Of a stretch of DNA of 20,000 nucleotides, positions 17,146 to 20,000 are shown piece by piece. This DNA comes from an uncultured virus (IMG/VR IMGVR_UViG_2757320372_000001) (taxonomy: Duplodnaviria; Heunggongvirae; Uroviricota; Caudoviricetes), in IMG/VR virus record IMGVR_UViG_2757320372_000001; one strand, given 5' to 3'. Every line of letters begins with the position of its first letter. Position 1 is the first letter of the stretch. The notes beneath the pieces are model-generated. The model was not told the origin of the DNA. It did not search any database and worked only from the letters and a program-made list of their open reading frames with translations. A program made the position numbers and the translations under genes.

Positions 17146-17748
17146 ATGCAATATTCGCAAATCACTGTTCAACTTAACGAAGAAAGTCACAACATTCACA
17201 CCACAAAGACATTTATGAGTTATGCGGGAGAGGAGTGTTCTCTTCCTGGTTTCTTTATCCCTGAGCCATTCAGACTTGTAAAATCTGTTTACTGTAATGA
17301 GTATCGAGTTCTTTCAAAAGAACCAGATCCTAAAACTCTTTTCTATATTCGTCTTTTTGACGCCCCTCAATCAATCTCCCCTCTGTTCAATAAACATCCT
17401 TCGCTCTCAAAAAAATTAACACAATGTCTTGTCTGGAGTTCGATGATCCCAAATCATCGAGATGCATTCCATTTCTTAGCAAACAAGTTTTTTGATTACT
17501 TTCTCAACGAATATAACATTGCGATCACGATTGGCCCAATGACGCTTTGCAGTGCTCATTTTTGGGAAGGACGGCTTTTAGCCTCGTTTACGCGTCCTGA
17601 TGTGAGCATTTATCGTTCTGATGGAAACTCAGTCATTAAGATCCCCAACTGGTTAGAATTTCAGATGGAATGGAGTGAGTTCATTTTTAAATCTTCTGAG
17701 GATATTAATGATCCTTCGGTCATCCTGATCGCAAAAGATAAACCCTAA
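17146..17748 (+). CDS. Hypothetical protein, about 200 aa (alternative start GTG 17113)
   Basis: Long AT-rich ORF; AGGG upstream of ATG 17146; no function recognised. Confidence 0.7.
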   Translation: MQYSQITVQLNEESHNIHTTKTFMSYAGEECSLPGFFIPEPFRLVKSVYCNEYRVLSKEPDPKTLFYIRLFDAPQSISPLFNKHPSLSKKLTQCLVWSSMIPNHRDAFHFLANKFFDYFLNEYNIAITIGPMTLCSAHFWEGRLLASFTRPDVSIYRSDGNSVIKIPNWLEFQMEWSEFIFKSSEDINDPSVILIAKDKP

Positions 17749-17829
17749 TGGCTGAAATCGCATACTGATTACAGTGAACACAGGAAAAAGTGCAGGGAAG
17801 CAGTTTTCAATTTTTTCTATACCAATAAT

Positions 17830-18003
17830 ATGAAAATTATTCTTGCTTTATTCATTACGATTATTCTCTATCACTTTCCACTTTGGCTTGCATGGGTCAA
17901 CGTCAACAGGTTTTCGCGAAAGTTAGATCAAGTAACGGTTGGCGCTATCTGGCTTTATTGCGGCTGGTTAGGATGGGTTGGTTACAGATTTATAACTGGA
18001 TAA
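17830..18003 (+). CDS. Small two-helix membrane protein, 57 aa, weakly resembling T4 Imm superinfection immunity proteins
   Basis: Translated by hand (below the ORF track cutoff): MKIILALFITIILYHFPLWLAWVNVNRFSRKLDQVTVGAIWLYCGWLGWVGYRFITG; no clear Shine-Dalgarno sequence. Confidence 0.55.
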   Translation: MKIILALFITIILYHFPLWLAWVNVNRFSRKLDQVTVGAIWLYCGWLGWVGYRFITG

Positions 18004-18035
18004 AAAAACGGCTTCATCGATGATGGTGAAGCCGT
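18002..18035. terminator. Terminator hairpin with its U tract on the minus strand (possibly bidirectional)
   Basis: AAAAAAA then CGGCTTCATC-gatgat-GGTGAAGCCGT. Confidence 0.7.
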
Positions 18036-18207
18036 AAGAGTCAAGGAAGGTGAGGGAACTCAAAATAAACAGAGGTGGATTCCGCCGCTGCAAACGACAG
18101 GCGCATATTTTTATCTTTAATGCGTTTTCATGCGTATCAAAATGAGCTTACTTCCTCTCGTTTCCCTTTTCTAAGCCTGCCTAATCATCCCTTCGAAATC
18201 TTGTCAT

Positions 18208-18270
18208 CAAAAATGTTTACAAGCAATAAATCCTTCTATAACATGGCCTTAGGTAACAAAAATGTTTACA
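18208..18270 (+). promoter_or_regulatory. Putative promoter with a 14-bp direct repeat
   Basis: CAAAAATGTTTACA at 18208-18221 and 18257-18270; -35 TTTACA (18216-18221), 17-bp spacer, -10 TAACAT (18239-18244). Confidence 0.55.
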
Positions 18271-18280
18271 GGGCTAAAGA

Positions 18281-18898
18281 ATGATCAAGTCAGAATTTTT
18301 CCAGCTTCTTGAGGAAAACCAATCAGAAATCGTCATGACGAATACTGAGGTCAAGACGATTCAGCGTGGTTCTCATGTTGAAATCGTCTTATCGGTTCGC
18401 GGTTATGGTTTGTTTACGTTGTCTCGTCATGTAACAGGAAGCCAAAAGCTTTCAATCAACGAAGCTAAGTTTGTTCGCTGGTTCGATGAATGGAGTGAAT
18501 TGCCGTCTCAGAGTGTTGAGGGGATTGAACTTGTTAAATCAGACATTGTGATCTCGGAACCTGAGTGTGTCGTGTCTTTATTCGATGAAATTGAATTCGT
18601 TTCTATGCATGTTCTGCGTGAACGTGACACAAAAAAAAGGCCGGAATTTCCCCCGGCCAAATACACACAGCAAAAGAAGTTACAGGTTTTTCCTCAGACG
18701 TCTTCACAACAGTTTAACGCGATGTGTTGTGACTTCCTGCGTTCGAATTATTACTTATCGATACTTTTACGAAGGATCAATCTGAGCGGAATTTTTACCT
18801 ATGTATCATTTCGACGACGAAGAGATTTCATTCGTCGAGAGCTGTTTCATCGATTTTCCTTAGTTGTGCTTTTAGGAGTGGTTCGAACTTGTCTCTGA
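18281..18898 (+). CDS. Hypothetical protein; the 3' ~90 codons are doubtful
   Basis: First ~115 aa look globular and acidic; the remainder runs through a minus-strand terminator and overlaps the convergent gene by 71 bp. Confidence 0.5.
   Translation: MIKSEFFQLLEENQSEIVMTNTEVKTIQRGSHVEIVLSVRGYGLFTLSRHVTGSQKLSINEAKFVRWFDEWSELPSQSVEGIELVKSDIVISEPECVVSLFDEIEFVSMHVLRERDTKKRPEFPPAKYTQQKKLQVFPQTSSQQFNAMCCDFLRSNYYLSILLRRINLSGIFTYVSFRRRRDFIRRELFHRFSLVVLLGVVRTCL
18631..18658 (-). terminator. Rho-independent terminator, minus strand
   Basis: Minus strand GGCCGG-gggaaatt-CCGGCC followed by T8. Confidence 0.8.
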
Positions 18899-19325
18899 CC
18901 TCCGAGGGCAAAAGTTCAATAATCGAGCTGATTTCGAGGCTTTTCAGATTGATTATGTCATTAACATTTCTGTGTGGACACTCTGACTGATAAGACAATG
19001 CCAGCTCCATTAGAGCGGAGTCATCAAGCTCAAACGATCCTGCTGTTGTTTCTTTCACAAGATTTGAAACAACGATTTCAGTCATCGTATGTGTTCGTTT
19101 TATAACAGATTCTATCACTTTTTTTTCTTTGAAATTGCCAGCAAAAAGGACAAGTCCAAACAAAATAACGAAACATTCAGCAACAACCGTTATTAAATTA
19201 TTAATATCTTCGTGAATCGTACTGAGATCTGCATCAGTTGCGAAAGATTGTTTCGTCAAAAGAAAATGTTCTGCCAGAAATACGACTCCGGCGATAGAAA
19301 GCAGCAGTCCAAATAACCTTATCAT
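18828..19325 (-). CDS. Hypothetical inner-membrane protein with two N-terminal TM helices, 165 aa
   Basis: LFGLLLSIAGVVFLA and LITVVAECFVILFGLVLFAG followed by a soluble helical domain; AAGGA upstream on the minus strand. Confidence 0.75.
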   Translation of the reverse strand: MIRLFGLLLSIAGVVFLAEHFLLTKQSFATDADLSTIHEDINNLITVVAECFVILFGLVLFAGNFKEKKVIESVIKRTHTMTEIVVSNLVKETTAGSFELDDSALMELALSYQSECPHRNVNDIINLKSLEISSIIELLPSEVRDKFEPLLKAQLRKIDETALDE

Positions 19326-19505
19326 TTATGGGTATTCCTTAAGTGTATGAGAATGTTGGTTATTTGTTTTACCACGGCTGAACGATTGCAAAATCACAAG
19401 CAATGCGAATTTCTTTTTTTCGTATATTCATTGCTGTCGAGAATAATTAAAAGTTGTATTTGATTTCAATGTTCAGGGACCAAACCAAATAAACGAGGTG
19501 ACAAA

Positions 19506-20000
19506 GTGGACAGTCTTAATTATAACGTGCGTGTACTAACTGTAATCGAAATGACTCGTTGGATTAATGACAACATCAAAACTGAAATTCAGGCTTCAGA
19601 TGTGACAAAGTTCAGCGGTTACACGCATTGGCATTTTCAACGGTTATTCCGTCAGATAACGGGTTACACGCTTTCCGAATACATTCGTATGTCACGCGTC
19701 CTGAACGTGGCAACTTCTCTAGCGAATTCGCGCAATCGGATCACGCACATCTGCTATGACAACGGCTTCTCAAGCCAACAATCGTTAGCGCGGTTGTTTC
19801 GCCGTTACTGTGGCTGTACGCCGTCCGAATTTCGTTCTCGGGTAAAACGCGATCCGAGCTATCTCAGCCAGAAGATGAAAGAAATCCTGTTGTTGAATGG
19901 CAAGACTTCATGTCCTCACTGTGAGCTATTCACAAAAGAGCCTCGCAAGTTCAACCGAAATCGTCCGCATACGCCTGACCTTTCTCGTCTTAGCGCGTAA
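19506..20000 (+). CDS. AraC/XylS family regulator, MarA/SoxS/RamA/Rob-like, with a C-terminal extension
   Basis: WI.DN...SGYTHWHFQRLFRQITG..L.EYIR; GFSSQQSLARLFRR..G.TP.EFR; GAGG before GTG; stop TAA at 19998-20000. Confidence 0.9.
   Translation: MDSLNYNVRVLTVIEMTRWINDNIKTEIQASDVTKFSGYTHWHFQRLFRQITGYTLSEYIRMSRVLNVATSLANSRNRITHICYDNGFSSQQSLARLFRRYCGCTPSEFRSRVKRDPSYLSQKMKEILLLNGKTSCPHCELFTKEPRKFNRNRPHTPDLSRLSA

Noticed and set aside
18075..18284. 69-aa ORF
   Set aside because: No recognisable features, and it overlaps promoter-like, repeat-containing intergenic sequence
16977..20000. Prophage right boundary (attR), tRNA or IS
   Set aside because: No tRNA, transposase or att core is identifiable from this window alone

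Overview
Tail-gene end of a lambda-like (long non-contractile tail) prophage, or possibly an F-type tailocin locus, from an enterobacterium. An AmsF/WceF-like tailspike hints at an Erwiniaceae host (inference). Core order on the + strand: tail chaperone G/GT with a -1 frameshift site, tape measure H, M, L, K, I, a second I, J, a free-standing paralog of the J C-terminal domain, and a side fibre/tailspike with a beta-helix EPS-depolymerase-like domain. Terminator-bounded accessory genes interrupt the operon: an exported protein, a tandem pair of alpha/beta-hydrolases whose nucleophile elbows carry Asp (GHDSG) and Cys (GHCAG) instead of Ser, an AT-rich orphan, and a complete hok/mok/sok type I toxin-antitoxin cassette. 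Downstream lie orphans, an unannotated 57-aa Imm-like membrane peptide, two candidate minus-strand sRNAs and a MarA/SoxS-type regulator. The most unusual points are the non-Ser hydrolase pair, the duplicated J tip domain and the duplicated gene I. All family assignments come from motif recognition and gene order, not from database searches.
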